Source: Octopus bimaculoides (lineage: Eukaryota). Taken from it: a stretch of 59,706 nt of DNA. Of this stretch, positions 22,722 to 35,510 are shown in pieces (positions within the stretch are counted from its first letter, which is position 1; each line of letters starts with the position of its first letter). The position numbers and the translations under genes were made by a program. The stretch covers positions 29,964,161 through 30,023,866 of the forward strand of contig NC_068996.1 in assembly GCF_001194135.2 (NCBI RefSeq), read 5' to 3'. The notes beneath the pieces were generated by a model. It was not told the origin of the DNA and did no database searches. It saw only the letters and a list, made by a program, of their open reading frames with translations.

Positions 22722-25540
22722 ATTGTTGACTTTTTTTTTCCAAAGAGGGGATACATACAGCTGCCTGAAAAGCCCAGCTGCTATCCTTTCTTTTTCCAAC
22801 GTTGATCAAGAGGGGTTACTAGCATCCATCTTTCTCATTGTTTCTCGAACATACTTCGCGACAGGATTCTCCTCTCCAGCCCTATCTTGCTCTTCTGATG
22901 GTATCTGAAGTAAAGTAGCAAACCAGGGCCGGAGATGAAGGATCCCATCACAGGGTTGGTGAGTTGGTTCTCATCAAATCCCAGAGCTCCTCCTCGAGCA
23001 TCATCGTTTCTGTGCTCTACCATCCCTCTATACAAAACCGAGGTGGTGTTCCCACTGCCAGTCTTGCCTGTCTTGTGGATTAGCATGAGTGCCTGACAAC
23101 ACTCATTTTGCCATTCAGTCAGATTACGTCTTTTAATGAAACTGGGTTTAAATCGCTCAAAGGAAGCTGGTCACGGAAAGAATTCCTTGTCAGTGGATTC
23201 CACACCTTATCACCCTCCAGGTAATGCCAGAGATGCNNNNNNNNNNNNNNNNNNNNNNNNNNNNNNNNNNNNNNNNNNNNNNNNNNNNNNNNNNNNNNNN
23301 NNNNNNNNNNNNNNNNNNNNNNNNNNNNNNNNNNNNNNNNNNNNNNNNNNNNNNNNNNNNNNNNNNNNNNNNNNNNNNNNNNNNNNNNNNNNNNNNNNNN
23401 NNNNNNNNNNNNNNNNNNNNNNNNNNNNNNNNNNNNNNNNNNNNNNNNNNNNNNNNNNNNNNNNNNNNNNNNNNNNNNNNNNNNNNNTCTGGACCAAGTC
23501 CAGACTAGTGCCTTCACCTTGTCTTCCACCTCGCTCCAATTTTTCTCTGTCTGGGAGTCCGGTCCAAACCAAACTCCAAGCAACTTAACAGGACCATCTG
23601 TCCAGTGACCCACGACACTAGACAATATTGACTTGGCTCCTCCAGGTGCCGAGGCGCAAGCTGACGGACTTGTCCTTGTTAACTTTTGCCCCTGCCACCG
23701 CTTTGTATCCTCTGAGAGCATCTTCTACACGAGGTAGTTGTGCTTCATTGGCCACGATGAAGGTGACGTCATCCGCATAAGCAGAAACAGACTTACCGCA
23801 TCCGATTTCATTAGGGTTGCCTCCCAACTTCTCCAGCCTCCACAGCAATGACTCAAGAGCCAACACGTACAGAAGCAGAGATAAGGGACATCCTTGACGA
23901 ACTGAATGCTTGATCGAAAACGGCTCCATCATGTAACCGTTTATCTGGACTGTGGACTCGATGCTGCTGTACATAGCAGAGATCCACCCGTGAAAGCCAG
24001 GGCCCAGCCCAGCCGCTTCGAGGACTGCAGCCAGGTACCGATGGTCTACCTTATCGAATGCTTTACTTTAGTCTAAATGGACCATTGCCCCACCTTTGCC
24101 AGATAATTTACCAACCCTATCTAAGGTGTAGCAGATAAGGTGAAGATTATCCTGGATCGACCTGCCTGGGATTGCACATGTCTGTGCCTTCCCTACAAGT
24201 TACTCCACAACAGCCATCAACCTTTTCGCTAACACCTTGGCCAAAATCTTTAACTCTACATTAAGTAGAGTTATGGACCTGTAATTGCTAATACTATCCC
24301 CCTTGCTCGGGTCTTTCTGGACTAGTGTCACCACTTCCCAGCTCACGGAACTGGGAATCCTCCCATTCTGTTGCCAATTTGTATAGATGCCCGCCAGTAT
24401 ATCCCCAAACAAGTCCGGCATACAACAATAAAACTCATAGAGCAGACCATCCAGCCCCGGTGACTTTTCCCCAGCGCACTTGGCCAACACCTCTTTTACC
24501 TCCGTGGGNNNNNNNNNNNNNNNNNNNNNNNNNNNNNNNNNNNNNNNNNNNNNNNNNNNNNNNNNNNNNNNNNNNNNNNNNNNNNNNNNNNNNNNNNNNN
24601 NNNNNNNNNNNNNNNNNNNNNNNNNNNNNNNNNNNNNNNNNNNNNNNNNNNNNNNNNNNNNNNNNNNNNNNNNNNNNNNNNNNNNNNNNNNNNNNNNNNN
24701 NNNNNNNNNNNNNNNNNNNNNNNNNNNNNNNNNNNNNNNNNNNNNNNNNNNNNNNNNNGAACAACTGGGCGAAATGCTGGTGAAAGACTTTCTGCATCTC
24801 CTCCTGTCCATAGATCTTGTGCCCCTGTTTGTCTGTTAAAGACTTTATAGAGGCCTTTTTACCTCTCTGACTCTCCACACGACATGCCCTTCTGGCAACA
24901 TTAACACCTCGTTTCCCTGCACGTAGCTTAGCTCTAACTCTGCAACCTTCATGCTTGGAGTAGAGGTGATGGTACAACACCGTCCTTGCTGCAAGCACTC
25001 TAGAAGCAGAGTCAGAGTCCATAGCCTTGTCTAAATTCTTAACTAATTCCCCTTCTATGCTAGATCTATCTAAACTTAGCTGATTGCTAAATCCAATAGA
25101 CTCTAATCAAATGGCTCTCTTGAGGGTGTGCCACCATCTATTATTAATCATGGCGCCACATAGTGCCCTCTGTACTAACTCCTGTACTAATCCGGTCAAA
25201 ATAAACTTTCATCTTCCAGTACCTGGGTTACTGTCCATGACATTTATCTACATGTACCTCATACGTCAAAAGTTTGTGATCTGTGTAAGGTGCAATAAAA
25301 AATCGTGGACAGCTAAAAGTATCTCTATCTCTTTCCTTCACGAATACTCTATGCATGCAAGATCTGCATGAGCTGTCGTTATTACTCCACATCCACTGTG
25401 GAACGCTTGGCTCATCCAGTCTACTAGATTATAGCTCTCAAGTAGACACTGGTGGCCAGGATTCCCCTTCCTATCAGTCAAGCCAAAACTATCCACCTGC
25501 GCATCAAGAATAGTGTTAAAGTCTCTTAGAGACAGGCCTG
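22720..25540 (-). mobile_element. Tx1/L1-clade LINE ORF2 (APE-RT), gapped and degenerate
   Basis: KSPGLDGLLYEFY...NYRSITLLNVELKILAKVLAKRL; VRQGCPLSLLLY...SAYADDV; VKLLGVWFG; APE DFN motif near 25520. The 3' end runs into the (TA)n at ~22690-22717. Confidence 0.9.
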
Positions 25541-25564
25541 GAAAGACCAGAAAAAGGGTGGAAG

Positions 25565-25892
25565 CAGAGAATTATAACAGGGAGCCAGAAAGGAGGTTAG
25601 GCAGCAGATTTACATAGCAAAAGGAATAGCAAAAGGCAAGAAGTTTGCCAATGTTCGACAACATGAGGATCAGAGGCGTGTGATGTTCAGGATTGCAAAG
25701 CAGTGTATCAAAGAGAATAGAGATGTGGTAGGAGAGGAATGTGTACTCAGAGAAGAAAGATGCATGGAAATGCCATTATGAAAGGTTATTAAATGTGGAG
25801 AATGACTAGGAGAAGGAGAGTCTTTCAAATATCGAAACAATTGAAAAACCTGCCATCAGAGTTAACAGCAGTATAATAGATAAGGCAATTAA
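25565..25892 (+). mobile_element. RTE LINE fragment (5' part of the copy split by piggyBac)
   Basis: ...IDKAI| ends at TTAA 25889-25892 and resumes KDMKTGKAPGP after 28461. Confidence 0.85.
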
Positions 25893-28457
25893 CCCTTTCG
25901 TTACTATATTTCTAACCAAAATGCACCCCTTATGAGTTTCAATTAAGTTCTAAAATAATCATGAATTTAGACTAGTTTCATTAAACAACTGTAACTTTTT
26001 TTACTTATCAACATATTAATGTGATTTTTGGAATGCAATTGAAGAAAAGGTTCTTAATACTATTGCATAACTTTTGTCTCAAAGCGGTTCTAGTTACAGG
26101 TAAATTCAGTAAAATATAAAAATATTTAAATTTTGTTCAAACATCACCATAGAAAATAAGTCACCAGCTAATATTCTATTGGGTATGCAACAAAATTTTA
26201 ATATAAAAGAATTGTGAACATCACGAGATTATCAGCTGAATTTAATGCACATAAGAACAGGTTGAGGTAAAATAAAATGAAATACTGGAATTTGTTTTTG
26301 AAGAAAACTAGAAAATTAAATACATCAACTAAATGAAATAAACTCACAAACATGAATATACAAGAACATATATAATAAAGATTTACAATAGAAAGTAAAT
26401 GTAAAGTTGTCACCTTACAAGCAAATTAAAATTACAGGTAAATTAAAAGTAAAGACGAAGTAAATTTGAAAAATATTTATACAATCTAATCATAGATATA
26501 TACAAAATTCACACAATATTTCTGTCAGGGAAACTGTAAAACATGCCACTCTACAACCTTATAGAATGCACATTGGAAAAAAGTTTCAACTGGCTGAAAT
26601 ATTGGGAGTTTTTCTTTGTTGATGCAGACATTCATGGCACTGTCTTTTGCAACCCTCGATTTTTTTCTAATTGATAGAGACTGGCTGAACTCAGATGGAT
26701 ATCTCTCTGGCAGGTTTTGCTTTTCCTTCCTACAGTTGTCTTTTTGAAGGAATAACCTGCCCTCAACTATGTTTCTCTATCTGCTTGGAACTGCAGATGT
26801 TCACACCACTTTTGAGCCCCCTTGATTTGGTATATAATATAAATGCATTTACAATGCTCATGCTTACTATATACCAAGATAGGTATCGCCACCATTTACT
26901 ACCCAGTCTATCAACCGGATAATAACTCACCATTTGGTTCAGCCAATCTACACTGCCCATGTACCTGTTATAATAGAATCATCTATACATGGTTGTGCAC
27001 CGGTAGATGGAAAATTTATTTGCCTCTTATCTCTGTATGCGGTCACTAGCAGATTTCCTTTCTGCTGTTGGATTATTTCATCTCTTTTTTAAATTTTGTT
27101 TTTTTTATATCCAATGGCAGCCCTTTTCTAGTAGCAACTACTGTAGTACATGTATACGTTGTCACAGTCTAAATCCACTGCAAGTTTGATTGAACTGAAA
27201 AAATAATAAAAATCAGTCAAAAAATATACGGCCCTGGTTATGGTATAGAAGTGATAAATTCCAGACCATACCGTACCTTAGGCCATGCTGACTAACATTA
27301 TTATCTCTTTTCCCAGTATAAAAACTAAACCTACAGCAGTACCCAGTATTGATCTTCCATTTCATGGGCTTTCCTGGCATATATTGTTGGAAGTGTACCC
27401 TTCCTTCATACCCCGCCATGCCCTCATTGACGGATAGGTATCTATTAGGGTTGTAGAGTGTTTTATATGCAATTTGAACACAGGCAATGAGGGGTCTTAT
27501 TTTAAATAAGGGATCAAAGTTTGGTTCTCCACGTACTGGGGTACTGTAGTGTCTCTCACATGTAAATACTGGTTCAATTTCACAAATTGTGTCCTTGACA
27601 TAATACTGGAAATGTACTGATCTCCAAAAGGTTCCTGATTGCCCCAGTAATTTGTAATTCTGGGTAATTGTCTTATACCCATAATAATATTTATGGCAAA
27701 AAATGCCCATATTTCTTCTACACTTATGGGAAGCCACAAGCTATTTTTTTTTTCCAGTTTGTTTACAGTCTGCATAACAGTTTGTTTCTGCAGTGATGGG
27801 CTTCAAACAAGTTTACAGGAAAAAAGAAAAAAATGTCTAATGGTTTCACTTCCTGAAAAAGACTGAGTAGATCCAGTCTCCTCAGAAAAATTGTTGATAA
27901 AAATATTTTTAAACTGCTTAGTCCATTCAGGTGTAAAATCGCCCTCGCTGTTGCTATTGCCACTTTCAGTTTCTTTAGAATTGCTGCTTTCAGTTTCGGA
28001 TACGGAAATAGCCGATTCATTTTCATACACCACATATTTTTGTTGTTCATTCATACTTTTGCTCGGTTTCTCTATATCTTCCGTTGGAAAGTCCTCAAAT
28101 TCAGAATCACTGCTTGATAGCATGAAACTCCTATCCATTTTAAAAGTTGAAAAAAATCACTGCAGCAAAACTGTGGAAAAAAATCTCCCAAAATTCACAG
28201 AGTTCAGATATCAGGTCAAACAATGTCGGATACTATAACTCAATCATCATCATCATCATCATTTAACATCAGCTCTCCATGCTAGCATGGGTCAACTAAC
28301 TACAAATTGAAATCTCGTCTCCACAAATGTACTAATGAGATTTGTGCTGAAATTCACAATTAAATAACAATGGGTTTGCTTGGCCAGCTACGGTCGGGTT
28401 GGTCATTTGAGCCAAAAAATATTTTAGCCAGCTGCAGCCAGATTGGTATCAAAAGGG
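25893..28457 (-). mobile_element. piggyBac transposon (PGBD4-like transposase pseudogene) with TTAA TSD
   Basis: TTAA|CCCTTTCGTTACTA ... TGGTATCAAAAGGG|TTAA. Frameshifted ORFs 27803-28138 (acidic N-terminus), 27497-27775, 27213-27737 (LSVNEGM...QYMPGKPMKW) and 26763-26960 (MGSVDWLNQMVSYY); Cys-rich tail near 26520-26640. Confidence 0.92.
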
Positions 28458-28461
28458 TTAA

Positions 28462-29760
28462 GGATATGAAGACTGGGAAAGCACCTGGACCATCGGGTAT
28501 CACTGCCAAGATGATTAAAATATCAGGCAGTGTGGGAAACAGCCTAGTCACTTGCAAAGTTAATGAGGTTATTCAGGAAGGCATCATCCCCAAAGACTGG
28601 TGTAGTGGTATTATAGTTAACTGCTACAAGGGTAAAGGTGATGCCGAGATAAAAACAACTGCAGAGGTACCAAACTGCTGGACCAGGTCATGAAAATTAC
28701 AGAGTTATATCTCAAATGATTAGGAATAAAATTAAACTAGATGAGATGCAGTTTGGTTTATTTCTAGGGAGAAATACCACAGATGCCATCTTCCTAGCGA
28801 GACAGTTACAAGAAAAGTATTTGGTCAAAAGTAAATCATTGTACTTAGCCTTTGTCAATCTAGAGAAAACTTTCAGCAGGGTTCCCCGCTCTCTTATCTG
28901 GTGGTCTCTAAGGAATCTAGGAGCAGAGAAGTGGCTTGTTAAAGCTGTGCAAGCCATGTACAGCAATGCTGTCAGTATGGTGAGAGTCAACTTTGAATAG
29001 TGATGAATTTAGTGTACAAGTTGGAGTTCACCAGGGATCAGTTCTTAGTCCACTCCTGTTCATTGTTGCACAAAGTGTAAGCAATGGACACCTAAGAGAT
29101 GCAGTGGAATCGTATGAAGGTTAACAGATAAGGTCACTTTCATGCGTGGTAGAAACAATAAGCACTAAGAGTACACGGGACTTAGACTCTCTCAAATGCC
29201 CTCTCTCATGAGGTAGTAAATAGTTTCTGCTATTTAGGTGACCAAATTAGTAATGGTGGTAGATGCTCTGAAAGTATTGTTTCTAGAATAAGAATAGGAT
29301 GGAGGAAGTTCTGAGAACTACTACCTCTGCTGGCAATAAAAGGACTCTCTGAGTGAAAGGTAAATTGTATGATGCTTGTGTGAGAACTGCTACATTACAT
29401 GGTAGTGAGACATCGGGTCTGAGGACATTTGTTGACTGGAGAGGAATGCTCCATTGGATTTACAACATCAGTGTGCATGACTGACAAAACACAACTGTGT
29501 TGAGAGAAAAGTTAGGCATAAAAAGGATTAAATGTGGTATGTAGGAGAGGAGAATGCGCTGGTTTGGACATATGATGCATATGTGTAAAGACATCTGTAT
29601 ACAGAAGTGCCTGTCACTGAAAGTGGATGGTACCTGTGGAAGAGGGAGACCAGGAAGACATGGGATGAAGTGATAAGGACCAATCTCAGGATGTTGGGGC
29701 TCACAGAGGAAATGACAATGGACTGAGATGTTTAGTGATATGAGGTTCTATCTAGAGAAG
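28462..29760 (+). mobile_element. RTE LINE (3' part of the split copy)
   Basis: ORFs 28370-28693 and 28716-29000 (LDEMQFGLFLGRNTTDAIF...AFVNLEKTFSRVPR). Confidence 0.9.
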
Positions 29761-30789
29761 ATCTGCCCACATCAGTGAAACAGTGCAAGAAGCATTGTGT
29801 CCCACTCACATGTAACAGCAAACTTTTCACATACCCTATCCCAAGAAACTGAACTAATCTCCTCTTCTAAACTGCATTTTTCACAATTTCCTTCAGTCTC
29901 ATAAAGATTATGTGGGTAAGCAACAGCTAGTGGAGATGCTGAGTGGGTATAATTGAGGAAGGAGTGGGAAGGTTCTTTTTAGCCAACAGGTAGCCCTTAT
30001 CGTCATAAATACATACAAATACATGCAAACACACACACACATATAAGTGCATTCATATATAAATGTGCATAGACCCACAGGATACATATATAAATATATA
30101 CTCGTATACACCCACACGTACATATATAACACTATCTATATAAATATGTGCACATGTACATACATAATTTCTCCTATGCACATATGCAGACATATAAACA
30201 GACACACACAGTCATATGTGCGCACATGCTCAAACATTCTTCACAAAGGTGGCGGTGAGTGTAATAAGAATGAATTGAAATTGTACACATTTGTGTCACA
30301 TACCTCTCTCATAATAACTTTGATGAGAATTAAAACTTATTTACCATTACTAGTAATAATACAAAGAGATTAATAGAGAGACTCTATAAAAATCTGACAG
30401 AAATTTGAAATTTACCATTTATACTTATAAACAATATAGACTGATCAATAGAGAGCCTCTAATTATCTCTGGCTGGAAGTGAAGTTACCTACAGTACCTG
30501 TGAGACAGATCGATCAATAGAGAGATGCTTAACATCTTTGAAATTTAGAGTTATATACAATTTATACTTATAAGATAGAAAGAAAGATAGGTGATGGGCT
30601 GTGCATCTGAATACAATGTCTTTTTTTAGACATTCATTTCCCAGATATGCAGTTTTATTTATGTTACTATCAATTGTATTGTAAGCACCATAATTATCAT
30701 TTTTGTAATTATTATTATTACTAAAGCTGTCATTATCATTGTTATCATTACTGTCATTATTGTTGTTGTCAATATTGCTAATGTTAAAG

Positions 30790-32550
30790 ATGCCATCCAA
30801 GCAGAGAAAGAAACTTTCAAAGCTTAACTTAGAAACAAACCTCCCCTTTCATGCATGAAGTACCCTGAAATATGAAAAGTTGTAGATAGTAAAAATGCCG
30901 AAGGGAGGACTTTGGGGTTAAGCTGGATTCTGATTTTAGATTGACCAATACAGAATTCTGGTAGACCATCCATTGACTTTGTAACAAAAAGCCACTTCAG
31001 TACCTGTCACTAAGAACTCAGCTGTGGTTCTCTCTTCAGAGAACCCATTTCAGGGAGAAGGAGAGAATGCTTTGCTAATCTCCTAAAATCTTCTGGTGGA
31101 TAGAAGTGCATCTGGAAAAGAATAGCTTCACAGAGGCTGAAATCACAGGGGTAATGAAAGCATTAAAATGTAGCAAGGATGAAATTTGGCTAGAGATGTT
31201 AAAAGCTTTAAATAGAGATATTCTCTGGTTGACTTGTGTATGCCATATAGCTTGAACCTCTTGAGAGATACCAAAGCAACAACAATCAAGAGAGATAATC
31301 CCAATTTTTAAAAAGGGAGATATGAGAGAGTGTCCTAATTATAGAAGAATCTTGTTGAACCTCCCAGCAAAGTCTATACTAGGTGTCTGGAAAAGAGATG
31401 TAGGGAAATTGTTAAACCCAGCTAGCTGAAGAACAGTGTGGCTTTCATTCAGGATGCTGCACAATGAACCAGATATTCTCTCTATAGCAGTCTTCAAGAA
31501 TTTGGGGAATATTACTAAGAAGTGTAAGCTTGCTTTGTGGACCATGAAAAATATATGACCACATAACATAGGAAATACCATGGGAACTTTTGCAGAAATT
31601 TGAGATTAATGGGCAACTTCTGGTTCCTGTGAAGTCCCTATATGAATATACAAATGCCCAGATGTTTATGTTCTATTATACGTGCTAAGTTGAAATCTTT
31701 CAATGTAGGTGCAGAGATTTGGTATGGTCATATATTGTCACTTCTCCATTTTGCATTTTTATGGAGTGGATTGATATGCACTGCCATTGTGGAAGTGGTA
31801 TCACAACTGGTGGGTGTAAGAAAAGTCATTTAATATTTGCAGATGATATGGTGCTATTTGGCTCATCAGGTGATCTCTAGCATGCACTTAGTGGGTTCCC
31901 TGCAAAATGCTGCAAGGCAGGGATGATGAGAATTAAGTGTTGTGAAGTTGGAGACATTGGTCCCCTCAAGAAAGTCTTTCCAGTGCATTCTGCATGTAGT
32001 GGAACATCACTGAGAGAAGTTTAACTATTTTAGGGTTGTCTTCATGAATGATGGGAGGCAGAAGGCTGTGTTGGATGCCAAAATTACAGATGCTGGCACA
32101 GTAATGAACCATCTGCAGCATTCAATCCTCAGAAAAAAAAGAGGTTCAGAAAAGCAAAACTTGTCTTCAATTTGATTTTTGTGCCTATGAGTAATGACTG
32201 AAAGTGTGACTTCAGATACAAGCGACCAAAATAGAGATCCTCAGGTCTTCAGATAACATTTGTTGACAAGCTCAAAGGTCAGAGAGTCTCTCCAGGTTGA
32301 GCTGCTATTTCGCTGCATTGAGAGATCATAACTCCAGTTCTATGGACATTTAATCAGAATGCTGCAGGAAAGGATTGCAAAATGGATTCTTCCAGCAGAG
32401 CTAACTGGCAGAAAATCTAAGGGTAGGCCACGAACAAGAACGCTGGATAATATCCAGTCTCAATCGGTCCCACTTGGGAGACCAGTAGGAAAGTGGTTGC
32501 TTCTAATAGCAACTTTTGGAGAAGGTACCTGAAGAATCAACTCACCTGAC
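30790..32550 (+). mobile_element. Old RTE (Expander/Rex3-like) LINE remnant
   Basis: IIPIFKKGDMRECPNYRRI at ~31290; EEQCGF...NQIFSL; FADDMVL at ~31840; many stops. Confidence 0.75.
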
Positions 32551-32569
32551 CCTCATAGGGACAGTGGGT

Positions 32570-33640
32570 GGAAAAAAATGGATGGATGTATATCCTCTGT
32601 ACCTGGTATTACTCTCCCCACCTTAAAAAGAGCCCAAAATGTACACAACTTACTGGTCTGTGGCTCCCTTCCTTTGCTTTAAGCTTCATTGCCACAGTCT
32701 GTTTATCACTAATACAACCTCCCTCACAGGATTCAAGCACCACACTGTACAAATCCTTAACTCTTTCTCTTGCACCTCTATGAATGTCATCCACTATATC
32801 AAATGCAGTGTTTGTGGGATTATATACATTGGCCAGACTGATCACCATCTAGCTGACAGATTTGCCAAGCACTTATATAATATCCATCTTCAGAAACAAA
32901 CTCCTGTTACCTGTCATTCTGCTCAGCAAACCACTCCACATGACACTTTAGTGTCTGGCTTGGTCTTACATAACAAATATGTAATCTCTAGACTCTGTAA
33001 GGAACAATATTTCACCTTCTCACTACAGACTCATATGCCATTTGGATTCAACACAACATCCACCTTCTAGTAAATGCTCCAGGCACATGCACAAACATGT
33101 AAGCTAAAACACATACATGGATATAAACATATACATGCCAACCAACTGCCAGGTTCTTCTCACACTCTTTTCTTATTTCATCTCTCTCACCAGTTTCATT
33201 CTCCTCTCTGCACACATACACATTTATTTGCACACACACATATACATGAATGTATATAAGCATAAGTAGAACAAAAAAAATCCTCACATATACAGGACTC
33301 ACACTATCTTTCCACCAACTTAGCATCCCTCAACAAACATGCTACTCACAACCTTTACACATATATACACACACACACACATGTAATCACACACCTATGT
33401 ATTCATACATGCATATTCACACACACACACACAGACCAATTAGCACTTTTTCCATTGATAGCCAAATTTTTTTCTTTCTCAAATTTTCTGCCAGTTATTT
33501 TCAATCATGTAGCTAAGCTATCTACATGCTTGTCTGATTTTCTCATGATTCTCCATTTCTATCACCCCTTTTTCCTATTTTCTGAACTCGCCTCTGTATA
33601 TCTGACAAAGGGCTATACTTAAAATGTAGTATTTTTACTC
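32570..33640 (+). mobile_element. Penelope-like element 3' end (GIY-YIG EN, CA-rich tail, decayed hammerhead)
   Basis: ORF 32639-33070: FSCTSMNVIHYIKCSVCGIIYIGQT...DRFAKH...EQYFTFSLQT...GFN. CTGACAA-A-GGGC(tat)ACTT-AAAAT-GTA at 33602-33628. Confidence 0.85.
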
Positions 33641-34164
33641 TACTCTTTTAAAGTTTTTTCCTCGAGTGTCACATTAATTAATATTCACTGTGAACATCCA
33701 CTGGATTTTTGGTTTTTGTGTTTGAATTTGTCATTCATTATTGATTTGCCTACACACACACACATGTATATGTGTGCAGACATGTGTGGGAGTATGCATG
33801 TGGGAATGTGTGTGTAGGCATGTGAGGGATGTGCTGCACACATATGTATGTGTGTTCATGTGTTTGCTTATGTGTGCATGCTCCTGAATTAGGGGTTTGG
33901 AGGGATGCACAAGGCCGTGGGGGTCAGACAACATAGGCACTGGTGGTTAGAACCAAAGTAATTTGGGAAAATAAAAAAATGGACTTGGATATTCCGAGTA
34001 AATGTTAAAAAGTCACTTACTAAATGTTGTTATTACAGATTTCTTTTTTGAATTGCTGAAGAGACTAATCTTTTGAAGTTATTACACTAGTCTCATAAAA
34101 ACAAAAACTTATCTTTCATTTGTTTCAGTCGTGAAATTGTAAAGAAATTTTAGTTGAATGAATC

Positions 34165-34670
34165 AACCCAAGTACTTATTTTTTAAAAGCTTAGTACTTG
34201 GTCTATCAATCTCTTTTGCCAAAGCACTAAGTTACGGGGATGTAAACATACCAACAGCAGCTGCCAAGAGGTGGTGGGGTCAAACACAGATACAAAGACA
34301 CACACACGCGGATATTTTTTCTCTTTCCGTTTTTTACATTCTCTCTCCAATATTTTCCCTTTCAATCCTTTCTGTCGAAGATCATAGGCTTGAAACGTCA
34401 ATGACTTTTTCAGTTTTCCCGAGCGATAAACTAATACACCAGCTTGTTCCTTCACTTGTCTTCGTCTTTTGTTTTCTGCAAATTTGAACTATATATATAT
34501 ATATATACATACACACACACACGACAAGTTTCTTTCAGTTTCCGTCTACCAAATCTACTCAAAGATTTGGTCGACCCGAGGCTTTCGCAGAAGACACTTG
34601 CCTACAGTGTCACGCAGCGGAACTGAATCCGGAACCATGTGGTTGGGAATCAAGCTTCTTACAACAGCCA
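34165..34670 (-). repeat. tRNA-derived SINE interrupted by a PLE/hammerhead module
   Basis: SINE halves at 34165-34312 and 34505-34670, separated within the central (CA)n by the 34315-34500 insert. Confidence 0.75.
34368..34403 (+). ncRNA. Minimal hammerhead-like motif (A6-to-U core variant, decayed stem II)
   Basis: CTTT-CTGTCGA-A-GATC(atag)GCTT-GAAAC-GTC-AATG. Confidence 0.5.
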
Positions 34671-35450
34671 TATTTGAAAGTAATTACAAATAGAAAACTA
34701 ATTTCAAAATATATGTGTATAATTTCTTGATTTAATAACTTCAAAAAATTAAGTTGTGCAGCAATTAAAATTAGAAATTTAAACACTGTGAATTTTAAAC
34801 ATTTACATATTCGTTTCGCTCAAGTGTCGCCGGCATTAAACACACAAAATTTCATTAAAGTAAAGATGCAATAAATGCTGTATATTCGACGGCTTATTGC
34901 ATATAAAAAACAATGACTAACGGGATAAAAACTTGGTTTTGGATAAAGTTTGTGTTGCACAACTTTGGTAGTGGGTAAACACATGATGTCAAAAAATAAT
35001 AACAGTTTATGTTTGTATTTCGCCACATAAATCTCCGTACTGAACCCACTACATATTACGAGCATTTTCAAAATCAGGTATTTCAGTATTCAAGCTTCCA
35101 AAATTAACCGAAGATGTCGAAACACTGAACAGACAGTCTTTCGCGAAAGAAAAACTGCTATAAGTCGTAATTGAAAACTTTGTGTATTCTACAGAGCTAA
35201 CAAAAGGTGATATTTAGACTGGGTAATACGCGTGCAAAGCAATTCAACACAATTCTCTTAACACGGATAAAAATAATCATAATTACGAAAATATTCCCAA
35301 TATAGAATTCTTAAAATTGTAACGATTAGATTTATTTTTAATATCAAACCTGAAACAAAAGCATTTCGGAAATACTTTAGATTGTTGTATATTCTTCATG
35401 TAAATGTGATTTTGTAAAAAAAAAAAATAATTAGTTGCACTAACACATAC

Positions 35451-35510
35451 CTGTATAAAGTTATAGATGGGCGCCATCTTCGTTAGAAAAACATCAGTGG
35501 AACCGGAAAG
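35451..35510 (-). promoter_or_regulatory. Housekeeping-type promoter / first exon with YY1 (AAGATGGCG, 35480-35472) and ETS (CCGGAA, 35503-35508) motifs; probable RWDD4 5' exon
   Basis: CpG-containing unique island; ATGGCGCCCATCTATAACTTTATACAG|gtatgt donor at 35450. Assignment to RWDD4 is inferred from strand and the absence of another recognisable gene in between. Confidence 0.55.

Noticed and set aside
30489-30800. Asn-rich 103-aa minus-strand ORF with a donor-like end
   Set aside because: The Asn run is an (ATT/GTT)-type simple repeat; the 5' part is the antisense of an RTE relic; the nearby acceptor gives stops in all three frames.
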